Shown here in pieces: positions 20,259 to 33,860 of a stretch of DNA of 64,000 nt. Where the stretch lies: contig CDROCS010002367.1 in assembly GCA_977020255.1 (NCBI GenBank), positions 1 through 64,000 of the forward strand, written 5' to 3'. Source of the stretch: Obrimoposthia wandeli. Lineage: Eukaryota. The notes under the pieces were generated by a model. It was not told the DNA's origin and made no database searches. It was given only the letters and a program-made list of their open reading frames with translations. Position numbers and translations under genes: made by a program. Position 1 is the first letter of the stretch, and every line of letters starts with the position of its first letter.

Positions 20259-21069
20259 CATATCCCTGACAATCTTGTTGACATATCCCTGACAATCACC
20301 CTTAATCTTTTCTTGTGTGTAAATTTTTAGTTGTGATAAGTAATAGTGTATGGTTTGAGACTTGCTCCAAATTACACATTATGATTTCCACAAAAAACCG
20401 GGATTTTGAAAATTTTGTTTTGGGCTTGTTTGATGAGTTGAATGATTGATTTTGTAGGGATGAACCTAAAATCAACAGCCAGAGGCTAGTATAAGTAAAA
20501 TCGATACGTTCCGGGGACGTAACTTTTTTGGAACCCCCGAGGTATGTTAGGTTTAAGAATTAAGAAATTAAAATAATTTAGTCGATTAAATACTAAAATA
20601 AAAATCCTTGAAAGCAAGGTTGAAAATTAAATTAAATATTAATTTTAGATTCAAAATTGAAATTAGTGGAAGTTAGGATAAAAATTAGGAGGACCACGAA
20701 GGTCGTGTATAGTGTAGGATATATAAGGTTAGATTAATTAACCCAAAAGTGCAACAAAGGCACATTAATTAAAGCAAAAAGAAAAAGGGAACAATTTCGA
20801 ACGTCAATCAAGGTAAGCACATTTTCGTGCAGTTAAATTGGAGTACTTAAATTAATTTTTCAGCTGCCGCCAAAACTCCAGTTGAAACAGCTGTCGACAT
20901 TGCTGATTGACAGCCAAGGTTGAAGAAATCGACTATAAAAGTCGTCGACCAAAAAACAAACAGACACAACAGGAAAAATCAATACTTCAGATCGACTGAA
21001 GAAATCGACCACATATTGGTAAGTGGTGATTTGGTGAAATTTAGATTAAACCATTTTAGATCACAAATT

Positions 21070-21540
21070 GTTAAAGGAATACGAATCTATTGTTAAAGGA
21101 ATACGAATCTATTGTTAAAGGAATACGAATCTATTGTTAAAGGAATACGAATCTATTGTTAAAGGAATACGAATCTATTGTTAAAGGAATACGAATCTAT
21201 TGTAAAAGGAACACGAATCTATTGTTAAAAGAATACAAATCTGTTGTTTAAAGTTAAAAAGAATACAAATCTGTGGCTTAAAGGAATACAAATCTATTGT
21301 TAAAGGAATACGAATCTATTGTTAAAGGAATACGAATCTATTGTAAAAGGAACACGAATCTATTGTTAAAAGAATACAAATCTGTTGTTTAAAGTTAAAA
21401 AGAATACAAATCTGTGGCTTAAAGGAATACAAATCTATTGTTAAAGGAATACGAATCTATTGTTAAAGGAATACACATCTATTGTTAAAAGAATACAAAT
21501 CTGTAGCTTAAAGTTAAAAGAATATCAATCTATTGCTTAA
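21070..21540 (+). repeat. 22-bp tandem array GTTAAAGGAATACGAATCTATT with a ~140-bp higher-order duplication, inside the inferred 3' LTR
   Basis: 22-bp period seen directly; variant block repeated at ~21202 and ~21342. Confidence 0.9.
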
Positions 21541-21636
21541 AAGAAGCCGATCAGCTCAATAATCCCAACTAGACCCAGTACCGGATTGACGCAGTCGCAG
21601 CTAGTCGCAGCATATAGGTAAGAACACCGACTAAAG

Positions 21637-22075
21637 CATTCATTGCCCCTAGTTGGCAATTAGGATACATTCATTGCCCCTTGTTGGTAATTCGAAATTG
21701 TAATATATTTTAACCATATTCATTGTCCCTAGCTGACAATTAGGATTGCTGTCTCTTTAACCAAATCATTGTCCCTAGTTGACAATTAGGATTGTCCATT
21801 TTTATTCATTGTCCCCAGTTGACAATTAGGAATTGTACGAGTTTTTTCCCGTAAGATTCATTGTCCCTAGCTGACAATTCGGTTCACTCATTGTCCCTAG
21901 TTGACAATTCGGAACAAATACTCATTGTCCCTAGTTGACAATTCGGTCCACTCATTGTCCCTAGTTGACAATTCGGAACCAACACTCATTGTCCTAGTTG
22001 ACAATTCGGAGTAAGTTTTCATTGTCATCGTTGACAATTAGGTTGTTTGGGAATCATTGTCCACAGTGGACAATT
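21637..22075 (+). repeat. Palindromic CATTGTCCCTAGTTGACAATT array in the 3' LTR (~12 units)
   Basis: Same unit as 65-652 but fewer copies. Confidence 0.9.
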
Positions 22076-24149
22076 CGTGGTTAAATACTCAACAGATAGA
22101 GTTACGGACTCAAGAAACTTTATCCACACATAAGAAGTTGAGTCGAAGAAATTTAAGAGAGTTGCGTTATAGATTAACCAACCTAGGAAGAAGAATAACC
22201 CTAAAATCTCGATCACCGAACGTAAAATCGATACGTGGTTCATCCCCACTTCTTGTAGAGACTTACAGAAGTCTTAGGAATTTTACCATACTTTTTAGAA
22301 ATACGTACATAAACGTATTGTTGTGTTTAGTTACGTGAATTACCAATAAACAATTTCCTACATTAGAACAAGTTGTTTTTGCACCCTTCAGAATAAGAGA
22401 CATCAAATCAAATACCTTCAGATAGAACAAGAGATAGGCAACCATAACACGACCAACTTTAAGACCTGCTTCTAATCGAACTCACGTTGGGGCCCTCCGC
22501 AAATAAGAGGATCTGTACCAAGTTTCGTATAGAAACCCCAACATATGCACTAATTCTCTTTTTTATGTTTCTTTCAGTTCTATTAATATTATTATTAAAG
22601 ATAATAAAAAGAAAACAAATACAGAATGATACAGCAACAGGAAGATGACTACCCTAAACGAATTGAATTTTGCAGACTCAATTTTAATCATAGAAATTGG
22701 ATAAAAAATAATATTCAATGTAGAAACTGTTATAACCGTTATTATGATTGAATAGAAAAGGAACACCAATTCATAGAAAACCCTCCAAAATTTAATTTCA
22801 TAACAAATATGTGGACAGAATTCGAGATATTGTTATTATTACTCTGTCTACTATGCCTTATATTCATATTTACGAACAAGATGAAGCTTAAGAGCATCGA
22901 TTTGTGGCAGTTTGAGAAATGCTGGATACTGAATTGATAGATCACAGGATTGCCATGTCAGGTCCTATAGAATGACCTCTTCATAATAAGTTTTTCAGCG
23001 CAAAATGAAATATATGAAGAATTCCTTCTAAATATTTCCATTGTCTTGGTAAAACGAGCTATTAATACGATTGACAAGCGTTGTGGAATGAGTGTATAAT
23101 TATAATGGTGGTCAACTTGCATATTAGCACTTAAAATCATAGTATCTTCATTAAAATCCTCGGTCAAAATGGACAGCAACAAAACAGTTTTCTTAGACAA
23201 ATTTATACATCGACAAAAATTCTCACTAAAACCATGGATAATAGCTAGACATTCACACACAGGCAACCACACACACACATTTTAAAGAGCATATTTAACT
23301 TCTTGACATCCTGACCTTCATTTGGCATACTCAGCAATTAGTTACCAACAGTACAAGTTATTGCATTTTGATAAATATATCCACATATCTTCGGGCTTTG
23401 CCTGAACAGTGTCACATCTTAGTAAACATAAAATTTCCATGTGAGACTGTTACACAATAAAGAAAGGATAGCAACATACGAAACCCTACGGACGATAATG
23501 TTATATCACATGTGCTACGAAAGGTAAACAATCAGATCATTAATTTAGGACTGGCGTTTAACCTTCTTGAAGATTATCCCAAAAGAAAATTTTATATATC
23601 ATTATATGAAACTTAAAAATTATTGTTTATAAATTATTGAATCTATTCTTCTTTGAATAAATTCAAGATTTATTCCTGTTTATTTTATCGACCCTTATCT
23701 GTAATCATTCACAAATGTTTAGGTAAAAATGGGAATAACAGTAACAATTCACATTTTCCCAAAAATCCCTATTTAAAGTATAATATAAAATTGCATCATT
23801 ATTAAACATTTGTTGGGGTTTTCTTTTAGAACTTTAAAATCCTCGTATGTATGCTCCCAACGTCAGTTCTGTAGCGATAGGGGTTACAGATGAATGTGAC
23901 CTACCTGTTCTAGTCTCTGAAGGTTTTCGTTATTTGTTAAAGAGTTGTGCACAGAATAACGTAAAATTCCCTAAAGTTATTGTTGCTATGTGTGTAGCAG
24001 TCCTCTGATACGCAGTCTTCTAATACACAGTTCTCTGATACGCAGTCCTCTAATACGCAGTCATCAAATATCCTCCAACAATCTCCATTGAATCTCCAAG
24101 TTCTAATTACTAGTTCGGTCTCGTTCTAAATTATTGTGATATGAAATGA

Positions 24150-24364
24150 CTAAAATTCACCTTTTATACGTTTTACTGCTCGGTCCGGGTGCGACTGGCA
24201 GCGGTGCAGCTTTTGTTCGTGCGGAGACTGATAACTCTTCCGATTAGAATACGATACTGGATGTTGTTGCACAGTTAATTCGTCGAACTGGGCCATAATC
24301 GGTCGGATACCACTGCGACTAATCTTCGATATGTGGGGTTCGCTATTTGTGCGAATTTCAATCA
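24150..24364 (-). other. Possible terminal coding exon of an unidentified host gene
   Basis: GC-richer open frame preceded by an ...TTCACAG acceptor-like site; no recognisable motif. Confidence 0.2.
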
Positions 24365-27300
24365 CTGTGAATTGTTATTGTTACCTCTTTCAATTGCTAT
24401 TTCCCAAGGCCTTTTTTAACGTTTTTCTCCTTTACATATAAACACATTTTCGTGACCTTTTCAAGGTCCAGAATTACTTTGCTTTTTAAGTAAAAATATT
24501 TATTTTACTTGATTTTTTATTCATTTTTAAAAAATTATAATCTTCACTGAGAGGTTATTCTTGGTCTATATTTATTTTAAACTTTCCCTATTCTAACATC
24601 TTTACAATTAAACAAAATTTACTATGCTATTTTTTTATTTAAATATTTTTTTTCTTAAAATTTACAAGATGAAGAATAGCTTTATGATGTTAAACGGACC
24701 TTACATTTTTTCAAATGTAGTTTTAAATTTTAACTAAGCCAATGAGGTATATATATTTTTGCATGACATCTGAAAATTATGTAATTTTTATTTTTTGCTT
24801 GTACTCAAATTGTGTATTGTGAATTGCTAAGAATTGAAGTTGAAACAACTATTTTGATTTACCGTCTATTAAAATTTATTACATGATATCATTAAACACA
24901 CAATATGAAGAGTATACATTTTAGTGGATAAAGAGTTTTCAGGAAAATTGGTTATACATTTATTTGATATATATCAATTTAATTGTTTTAATAATATTAA
25001 TTTTTTTGTTTATACTATTAAAGCACATTTCAAACATTCTCTTTACTCGGATCTCCCTTATGTTAATTAAGATGTTACAATTGAATATTTTTCTAAAACT
25101 ATATAAATGACAAAAAGCCAAATTTTATAGACATATTTGATTTAAGTTTTTATCAATTATAAAAAATTATTTTGTCCTTGAATGCTTATTCCTTAAAATA
25201 ATCAAATATATCATGATTATAATGATGTAATTTAATTATTAATCATATCAATGCATCATATGATCTTTTGAAGACTTTGAAGGAAGAAATATGCGCCTTT
25301 CTTTCAAGAAATAATTGATATTTTTTCAATGCCTTGAAAATCATTGTATGTAAGCAATCTTACACAGAGGGTGTTTAATTGTCACGAAGTTGAGATTTCA
25401 TTAAGAAAAATCCTGTGCAGAAAGGAAACTTAAAGAAAATCGACTTTTCAGAGAAGTTTTGAAGCGTTCACAATACTAGAATGATTAATAAATTTATGTA
25501 ATTTGTTACACAGCGATAAGTTTAGTCGTATTATTGTATTTTGGCCAAAAACAGTAAATTCTACAAAAAACTTAAATAACAAACTTGGCGATTGTAAAAA
25601 GTATGACATAAAGGGTAATGGAAAACCAGGACAAAAAGCGACTAATACAGAAGAAATTGGTCTGAACATATTTTCAATAGAAGAAATCACTCAACATATT
25701 AAAACAATATTTGCTATTTCTACCACCTTTATTTAGAAAATACGAATTTCAATAATGTAAGTCCCTGTTGACACCGACCTGCATGCCCAAATGCAATTGT
25801 ATTACTGAGCCTTTTTAAAATCCGGTTTAAAGCTACTCAACGCAGTTTTTCATTATTAACTCTCTTTAATCATTCTTTCAAATGTAAATAAAATATAATA
25901 GAAATTCAGAAAAAAAAAACTTAATAGTAAATATTAAAATGAAAATTTTAAATGGTTTTATATAATTATGCAAATATTTCCAATATGTTTCTTTAATCTA
26001 AAAATATGGTAAAAGTTATTTTTATAAATATTATAATCAAACATAAATAAGCTCCAATATAGGTCAAAATATATTCGTGTGCGTCAGTCAATTTACAGTT
26101 AAATACATTCTTTTAATCCTGATATAATTAAATATTCATAACCGAATGCAATCAATCAAGAATTTGTGTAATTTGATGTCCTTCAATATCTTTCTTCTTT
26201 AAATTTTGCATTTTCCTCGTCGGTGATATATTAGAATAGCAAACACCATATAACATAAAATACAGAATCTAATTGTAACTCCAATTTATTTAGACAGTAC
26301 ACAACAAAAGCACACAGTGCAGACTTATTAACCATGAATGAATTAATTAGCATATACGCATAATTTAAATTTCAAAAATTCAAATGGTTTGTACTTTAAA
26401 GTCGTTGAGTCATCATGTATAAAACACAAAACTGAGAAAAAAATTTGACCAGAGCGATTTGAAGATGTCACGTAATTTTTCAGAAATAATTTAAAATTCC
26501 CTGTGTTGTATATTTAGCTGTCTTTGAAATTCAGCAAACATTCAAAGTGATTAGGAATATCGAGACTTGTTTATGGCAGTTTATTAATTAACATCTGTTG
26601 CAAATCTGCCGAAGTTTGTCAGTCTTGTTCTAACTGTCAATGTGTTTTAAAACAGAATTTATGCAATTTTGTTTACTATTTCGCGGATATTTGAGACTGA
26701 AATTTTCAAATTCGAGAGCATCCTCATTTCGTACCATTTTATAAAACCTCTCATTTGTCTCCCAATGAAATTTTGTTACGGGGATACGTGAGATGCAATG
26801 TCTACACACCGGTGTCTTCTAGTTTGTGTAATCTTACTTAGGGAAGGCTTCCAAATTGAACACCAGGAATGAAATGAAGTTTTAGGAACTTTGACAAAGG
26901 ATTAATCGTAACTGGCACCTCAAAATATTAAAAATAAAGGCAAATATTTAAAGGATACCATTTTTGTCATTCATAACGACTAATAACGACTATAACTAAC
27001 AAATATTAAAACTTTTAAAATAATTTATTTTATATTCAAACTCAACATTTTATTTTAGATTTTTAAAATCTTATTTTTGAAATATTACTAACTTAAACAC
27101 AACTTTTCCTATTTTAGTTACTTATTTTTTCAATTAAAACCTATATTTGTCGTCAATTCAATATTAAACACTTATAAAATCAAAATGAAATAGATTGAAA
27201 AATTCCGATGTGAATTATTCCCTTGTGAGGTAAATTCAACCTGAATATCTTTAAGAAAACGCAATTTAATATTGAGATATATTTTTGTGGAGTGTTTTAA

Positions 27301-29049
27301 AAGTTAATTTAACAAAAAAGTATTTTATAAAAAAAAATTTCAATACATTCGAAATTTAGATGAGTAACAGTAGTAAATTGATAGTAGTAAAAGCCGCATG
27401 TCACCTTGTTTTCTTCTACATAGACCTCTTTATTGTTAAATGTTTGAAAAGATGGTCTGTGGACATAACCAACCATATTTAAATTCAGCTGTCATTTACT
27501 TATTGTAACCACTGCAATTCCAAAATTCCATATTATTTGAACCATAATTTTGAACAAAATCAATGTTCATTGTATCATTTAAAAAGGTTGATTGGTAGGC
27601 AGTACATTTATTGTAACTTAGTAAGTTAGATTCAGATATTTACTAAGTTAAGAAAAATAATAATTTTACCTAATATGAATTTAGAGTTAATATGGAGTTG
27701 TCAATATGAATTTGTGATCAGTTTTATAGTAATTTCTTAAAATTGAAGTCCAAATGAAAGCAATTTTTAGATTTCATCTTTATTATTTAGTTTTTATTTT
27801 AATTAAAATTTAGGAATAATTGTAAAAAATTATAAATTTCTAATAAGTTCAATCAAAAACTTACTAATTATTATTCGAGAAATCCAGTTGAAATTTCTAT
27901 GTACAAAATGTTGTTTTCTTGTTATAAATAGTTAACTTATTAAGTTTATTTTAACTTAGTAAGTTCATCAAAAATTGTGCACTTCGATGAAGTTTAATTG
28001 GATAATTTTTGTCCCCATCCGTGTAGGTTTATGTAAATTTATTCTTCCATATAATTTAACCTAGTAAATTCAATTTTAACCTACTACTTCTGTATATGGG
28101 CCAGAAATGAGACGATATCCTCTCAGTGATAGGATCGCTAATTGGAATTTAACATCAACTACAGGTATTAATTTAGTAAATTTATCAATCTAACTTATTA
28201 ATGTAAAATAGGTGTACGACATATGCTGAGATTTATTCTCCTACAAATTTAGCATATAGTACTAATGATCTTATTTTTATTGGTATTAGTTTATTCTTAA
28301 TTTAAGTAATATAAAAACACAGATTATTATTCCAATATTTAATTCTTACTTGTTGACAGTAATTTATATTTTTAAATATATGCCACTTAAATATGCTACG
28401 GTAATAATTTGAAACACAATTATAATTTAGATTGATTAAATTATAGTGTTTTTGCACTGACATAGATGCTGAATCAATAATCATTTTCTTTATAAAAATA
28501 ATTTTGTTTATTGTAGTTATTACTTATAAAAGCATTAAATACTGTATTATTGTAATGTTTAAACACCGCTAAATTTGAATATAAAATTATTCAAAGATAA
28601 AAAACATTGGTGAAACGGCTTTTAAATAGATTTACGATATAAGAAAATTCCTTTTAAAGAAAATAAAAATTTTAAAATTTTGTTTAGGAATATGTTGAAC
28701 TAAACATTATATAATTTAAAATTTTACTTAGTGCATTAAGCCTACATTATCTTTAAGCAGAGGTTCTTTACATATGTTCTGCTAAATTAATCATTTACTA
28801 TTTGTATTAAATTATATTCTAAAGGTTTCGATTTTAAAAAAATCAGCCCACATTGGCAGATGGATATAAAAGATGTCATGATTCGGGTCATGAAAAATGA
28901 AAGCTACGAGACTAAAACAATGGAAGGATCTATACTCCAGTATTTTGAAAATCCAACAACTGCTTTTGGAAAAAACAATTCAGAATCAGTTCTAGCTTAT
29001 TTAACTGCGATACAGAAATCGTGTTACCCTCAGAAAATGCTCCAATTCT

Positions 29050-29990
29050 ATACCCAACTGATGTGCCGAATGTGAATTTAAATATATAATGCAGAAATGA
29101 CCCAAGTGGATGGGGTTTGAAAGCTGAAACTATTTTGCAAAAAAATCCTCCATCTCAAAATGTGGAGTCAGTAATTGCTCTAAAAGGCAGAGGATATGGG
29201 AAGCATATAAGATACCCCGAAAGGAATTTTTCATCTGAAAATTAGCAAATCACGATATAATCAGACGAAGATGGCTAATTTATTTTCCTTCAACGTTTAG
29301 TTACGTTTTCAAGTTTTTTTGCTCTCCTGTTCAATGTAGTAATCAATTTAAAACGGGATTTGGTGATTGGAAAAATTCCGTTGTAAGAATAATTGTCCAT
29401 GAAAATTCAAAAGATCACTTAGTTACTCTTCCAGCAATGGTACAGTGTAGAAAGTCTAGTCGCATTGATAATCTGCTTCAAGAATTAAAAGAAAAAAACA
29501 TCCAAGTACTGGATTGAAGTTTTGAAAATAATGGTTACTGAAATGCAATTTCTTGCTGAGCGTAGGCTTGCTTTCCGTGGGGATAATGAGTTGCATTATA
29601 ACAAAAAGGTAATGGGAATTTTCTTGGTTGCATTGAACTTGTGGCTGAATTTGATTATTTACTCAAAGAACATATTCGTAAATACGGCAATCCTGGAAAA
29701 GGAAATGTTTCTTATCTCTCTTTTACAATTTGCAACGAATTTATTGAAATATTCGGGGAGAAAGTATTGCAACTAGTATCGGAGATAAAGGAAGCTAAAT
29801 ATTATAAAGTTAGCTGTCATTTATTATACGATACGAACTTTAGGATGGAAATGTGGTTAAGCGTTTTCTTAAATTTATCCAATTGAACATCCTGATGAAA
29901 AATACCTATTCAACATACTACAAAATACTTTGAATCATTACGGAATTTATATCAATAATTGCAGACCACAATCATGTGACAACGCAACCG
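29050..29990 (+). mobile_element. Decayed hAT transposase (ZMYM1-like/DUF4371 type)
   Basis: Fragments NDPSGW, RRWLIY, GFGDWKN, HENSKDH, YW.EVL...FLAER.LAFRGDNE, NGNFLG.IEL.AEFD..LKEHI, YLS.TICNEFI, CRPQSCDNA across frames with stops. Confidence 0.8.
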
Positions 29991-29994
29991 ACGA

Positions 29995-30330
29995 GCTTTC
30001 CAAACAATTATCTGCTTTACAAATTGACGAATCTACATATATTTGAGTAAAGCACATTTTCTAGGATTCGTTCGCCTTATTATTAAAAAAGTAAATAGTA
30101 TCAATATTTATTCTGTAGAGAACTTGCTGAAAGAACAATGGGACAAGATATTTTTAATTTTGTTACATCGCATTTACACAATTTTACATATCGAGAGTTT
30201 TGCGTAGGAATTTGTAAATGTAGCACTCTATCGATGGTGGACTTTATTACTTGATTCGTTAACATTGCAAAAACAAGAAACCCAAAAATCATATCTACAC
30301 ATTGTTCCACAGTGGCAAACAAATTTCAGG
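29995..30330 (+). mobile_element. Decayed hAT Buster/Charlie-type transposase fragment
   Basis: ALQIDEST, FCRELAERTMGQDIF, CVGIC, NPKIISTHC fragments. Confidence 0.65.
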
Positions 30331-31479
30331 AATCATCAAAATAAATATTAGATTAAATTTTGAATATGGTAATACGTATTTTGAAACAACTATGTGTATC
30401 CATGGAAGCTAATGGAAGTAAAATATCTGAGAAATGATATTTGGTGTGCGACCTATTTAGGAGATATTTTTGAAAATTTAAATGCAGTAAATTCAGGTAT
30501 CCGAGGCAAAAGGTTAACAGTTTGATATCTGCAGACAATTTGTAAGCAGTTAGGACCCAAAGCATACAATGTATAGATAGAAAGAAAAGTAGGAGGAATG
30601 AAAATATTAAATAACTTATACTGACAGAATTGTACTCAATGGCGAATAAAGATAAAATTGTTATATGATATGCAATCAAATTACTTCAGTCTATGATAAT
30701 CTAATTCAAAAATTCATCTAAAATACTCGCATGTTTTCATATTTCATGATATAATATGCGTAGCAAATTTCAATGGCTTCAATTGCCGCCAACATAGATG
30801 CCTTTTCTTACTTCGATTCCATTTAGAAGCAATACATGTTTGATTGTGTGTAACATCTTATAATTTCATTAAAAATTCATTTTGTTTGTAGACAGCTTAT
30901 GTTGATGATTAAATGATTAATTAATTAGCATTTAGTATTATTAAAATAGCTAAAGATTTTTTTTTGCATCTGAGGATAATAAAAACATTATTGATGAAAA
31001 TGAAGTTACACAAATAAAAAACATACGCTGTTTTATAAAGTGATAAGAACATGCAACAGTCATATCATAAAGATTTATTTAGTAGGAAAATATCTTACAA
31101 CAGAGGTAACTGTAATGCTAACATCAAGACTTGGTTTTCAGAATTGTTTACTGTTTCAAATTCCAGATTATCAATTAAAACAAATGCGGAAATTCTAAAC
31201 AAAGCCGTCATAATTATAGTATATTTAAAAAAAAAAATGGAGGATTCAAAAGATGTGTAAGATAACCAAATGCAAACTATTTAAAGAGAAGAAAATAACT
31301 GATATTTACTACTCCCACAGTAATGAATTTATCAGAAAAGTATTTTCATGAACTTTCCCAAAATAAGACTAACTTTATATTAATTTAACATTTTTTACAA
31401 GTAATTTAAAAGAGCTCGTTTTCTCTCGTGTTGTTTGACTTGAAACAATACATTTTTGACGATTCTTTCAACCCATTGA

Positions 31480-31960
31480 CATGGAAAGTTGGGTATTTGA
31501 AAAGTGTGATTGAGCAATTCACCAGATGAAATGTCTTTCAAAATCGGAGGAGCTTTAACTTCCACATAAATCCAATTTTAAATATACAGAATTGAGACTT
31601 ATTTTTAATACTCAGACTTTACTTTCAAGTTCTAATTCTCTGTATTGTACAATTTTTTATATACACAAACGTTTTCTATCAATATCTTCATCCTCCTGTC
31701 TGGAACATATTCGGTAGGTGCGTACACATTTAGAAAATACCTTAACAGTGATAGCAAACCATTTGAGGGTACTCCTGCGACATAATATGTGCACAAAACA
31801 CGATCTGCTCTTGTTAACTAGTGTGTTTGGTGTAAAGTACCCGGAATCGCAATTTTTAAACCGTCGAGCTCATCAGTCTTTGAATGTTCAACTCCCGTTT
31901 GCAAATTAAAACAAACTCTTAACAAATATTGCTGGTCACAGCTTTATTTCTCCATCTTGA
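31480..31960 (-). mobile_element. Non-LTR retrotransposon endonuclease (APE) remnant
   Basis: FLNVYAPTE...EDEDID motif on the minus strand; otherwise degenerate. Confidence 0.35.
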
Positions 31961-32149
31961 CCTTGTACCTGAATATATCCGAATACGCTTCTAAAGTCGA
32001 CTTTTGGTAATTTTCATCGATACAATTTGAAACAGTTTCCTAAATAACCCCCAAAGTCTAGCTGTATCTTCATCAATATATTTAAAAGCAGCTCTAAAAA
32101 GATTTATGGTTATAAATTAGATTGGTAAATTACATTACTCGATACATCC

Positions 32150-32830
32150 AAATCGTCACCTTTAGTAATGCGTTTATTATCTTTGGCCCATCTCGATTAC
32201 TAACACCAGGTCTCTCCATCATCATGCTCATTTCTGGACATCGACTTCGATTTTTGACGTAAAATGGTACGGCCTACATTTTCTGAAATACTTGAATCAG
32301 AAGACTCCTGGAATCTTTCTAAATCTAAAGTTTGATTATTATAATCTTCCTCTGACAAAATCTCTCGACCTTGAGATAAAGAAACATCAATAATGTCATT
32401 ATCTAAGGAAATTCACATTTTGTAGTCATGGATAGCAGCTTGTCTACTATATCTTAAACTTACTTTTCTAGAATGACCGATGTCATATGCTCGAATAGAC
32501 ATCAAACGCTCAGATTTTTATTCTATCTAAAATTTCCATTTTATCAAATTTATACAGCAACAGCATACAGATCTCCTTGCATTTACACAGACAGATGTCC
32601 AAAAGTTCATCGAACAATTCCAGCCTGGATATAAAACTAATTATCGTTTTGCCTGCTTTTTGGATAATTTCACAAGTTCTTACCAATGCCAACGTGACAA
32701 CACAAATAGACTTGTTCTCAATAACAGGAATAAAAGCTGTATTCCATATAAGTATAACTTCTTCAGAAATGTTTTTACAAAATTCTCTAATAGTTGCATT
32801 TGGTACCTCTATTCGTTAAACAAAATAAGA
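32150..32830 (-). mobile_element. Decayed DNA transposase N-terminus (probably hATm-like)
   Basis: EEVILIWNTAFIP...LLDICLCKC...ILD....RLMSI..YD pattern; family assignment from memory. Confidence 0.4.
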
Positions 32831-33501
32831 ACGGAAGATGTCATTTTAGTTGGTAAACGATTAGCATTTAATTTTTTTTCGATACAAATTGACACTTCGA
32901 GCGTGAATTATAATAAACCATTTAAACAAAATTACAGCTCATAAAATCCCAGTAGACATTCTCTAAAAAGAACCAAAATATTCACAGTAAACTTATTATA
33001 GCCAAACACAAATTTTGACATGCAAGCCAAATCAACATAATTTTAGATTCATTAGATATTAGTGCTATATTAAAGGTATTATTGTTAGATATTTTTCTAG
33101 AATTTTATTCAATTCAAATTGGCCAATAGCAGTGGTTTGTTTCGTGTGTTTGTGTTTACATTACTAAATTTTGTTTGGCTAATTGACCATTGTAGCTTTG
33201 ATTGCACACGTGAATGGTGTGTGTCTTTGCTATATATAGTGTTTTGCAACTTTCAACAATTTATTACTCAGTTAGTTATGACGTCTGAGAAGCGTCAAAA
33301 TTAAGGCATAGTTAGAAAGTTTCAAAAACTATAAATTTTCCCTCACATATTTAATTATAAATGTTCGGCAATTTTAAAGTATATAATACTAAAATAAATA
33401 TATGTATAACGGATAAAACATCACATATATGGAGAGAAAAGTTGTTATCAATGTCAGCGACAACTTATTTCAATTAATTATCACGTCCTAATCCTGCCCA
33501 C

Positions 33502-33860
33502 CTGTAGCAGATGAAGAGAGCGGCATCAGACGCGGGGGCAGGACCAGGTGACACACAGACTCTTTCATAACGGAGAAGACAAGGAGCACTGACGAGGAGG
33601 GCCAGGACGAAGATAAAGACGGAGACGATAGTTGCAGTGCGTGCACGGCCCAGAGGGGACATGTGAGGTCGGGGACGAAGGACAAGGTCATGGCGATCAG
33701 CGGAAACGGCTAGAGTGGCCCATGTCGTCACGAGGACTGAGTACTGCGAGAGGAAGTAACCTACCGGGTAGTAGTGCGAATAGAGGGCGGCTCCAGCCCC
33801 GCCGACCAGCTGTAGATGCGGCAGCAACACACTCGGGAAGTACACCAGATCGTTGAGAAC
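33502..33860 (-). CDS. Host rhodopsin-type peptide GPCR (FMRFamide-receptor-like), exon encoding TM2-TM4
   Basis: TCTTCAG acceptor and CAG|GT donor; VLNDLVYFP...YPVGYFLSQYSVLVTTWATLAVSADRH (DRY-like)...IFVLALLVSAPCLL; joins the 36648 exon in phase 0. Confidence 0.8.

Larger units (their letters stand above)
1..22543 (+). mobile_element. Giant Ty3/Gypsy (Metaviridae-like) LTR retroelement with envelope and many accessory genes; 5' end lies upstream of the window
   Basis: Direct repeats at 26-1125 and ~21601-22543; PBS after the first repeat; gag, PR, RT (YIDD), RNase H, IN in Gypsy order (IN after RH); all cargo on the same strand between the LTRs. Confidence 0.95.
20545..22543 (+). repeat. 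3' LTR (~2.0 kb)
   Basis: 21601-22543 matches the 5' LTR. The left boundary is inferred from the imperfect terminal inverted repeat TGTTAGGTTT / AAACCCCAACA and cannot be confirmed because the 5' copy start is outside the window. Confidence 0.75.

Noticed and set aside
18767-20269. Overlapping alternative-frame ORFs (18767-19444, 19766-20269)
   Set aside because: Shadow frames of GC-rich RING genes with low-complexity products.
20711-20730. AGTGTAGGATATATAAGG as alternative LTR start
   Set aside because: It does not mirror the LTR end, whereas TGTTAGGTTT at 20545 does; more likely a TATA-like element.
22600-23280. Minus-strand ORF fragments next to the 3' LTR
   Set aside because: Multiple stops and no recognisable family.
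25448-25690. Hydrophobic minus-strand ORF as GPCR TM6-7
   Set aside because: No convincing NPxxY-type motif or splice sites.
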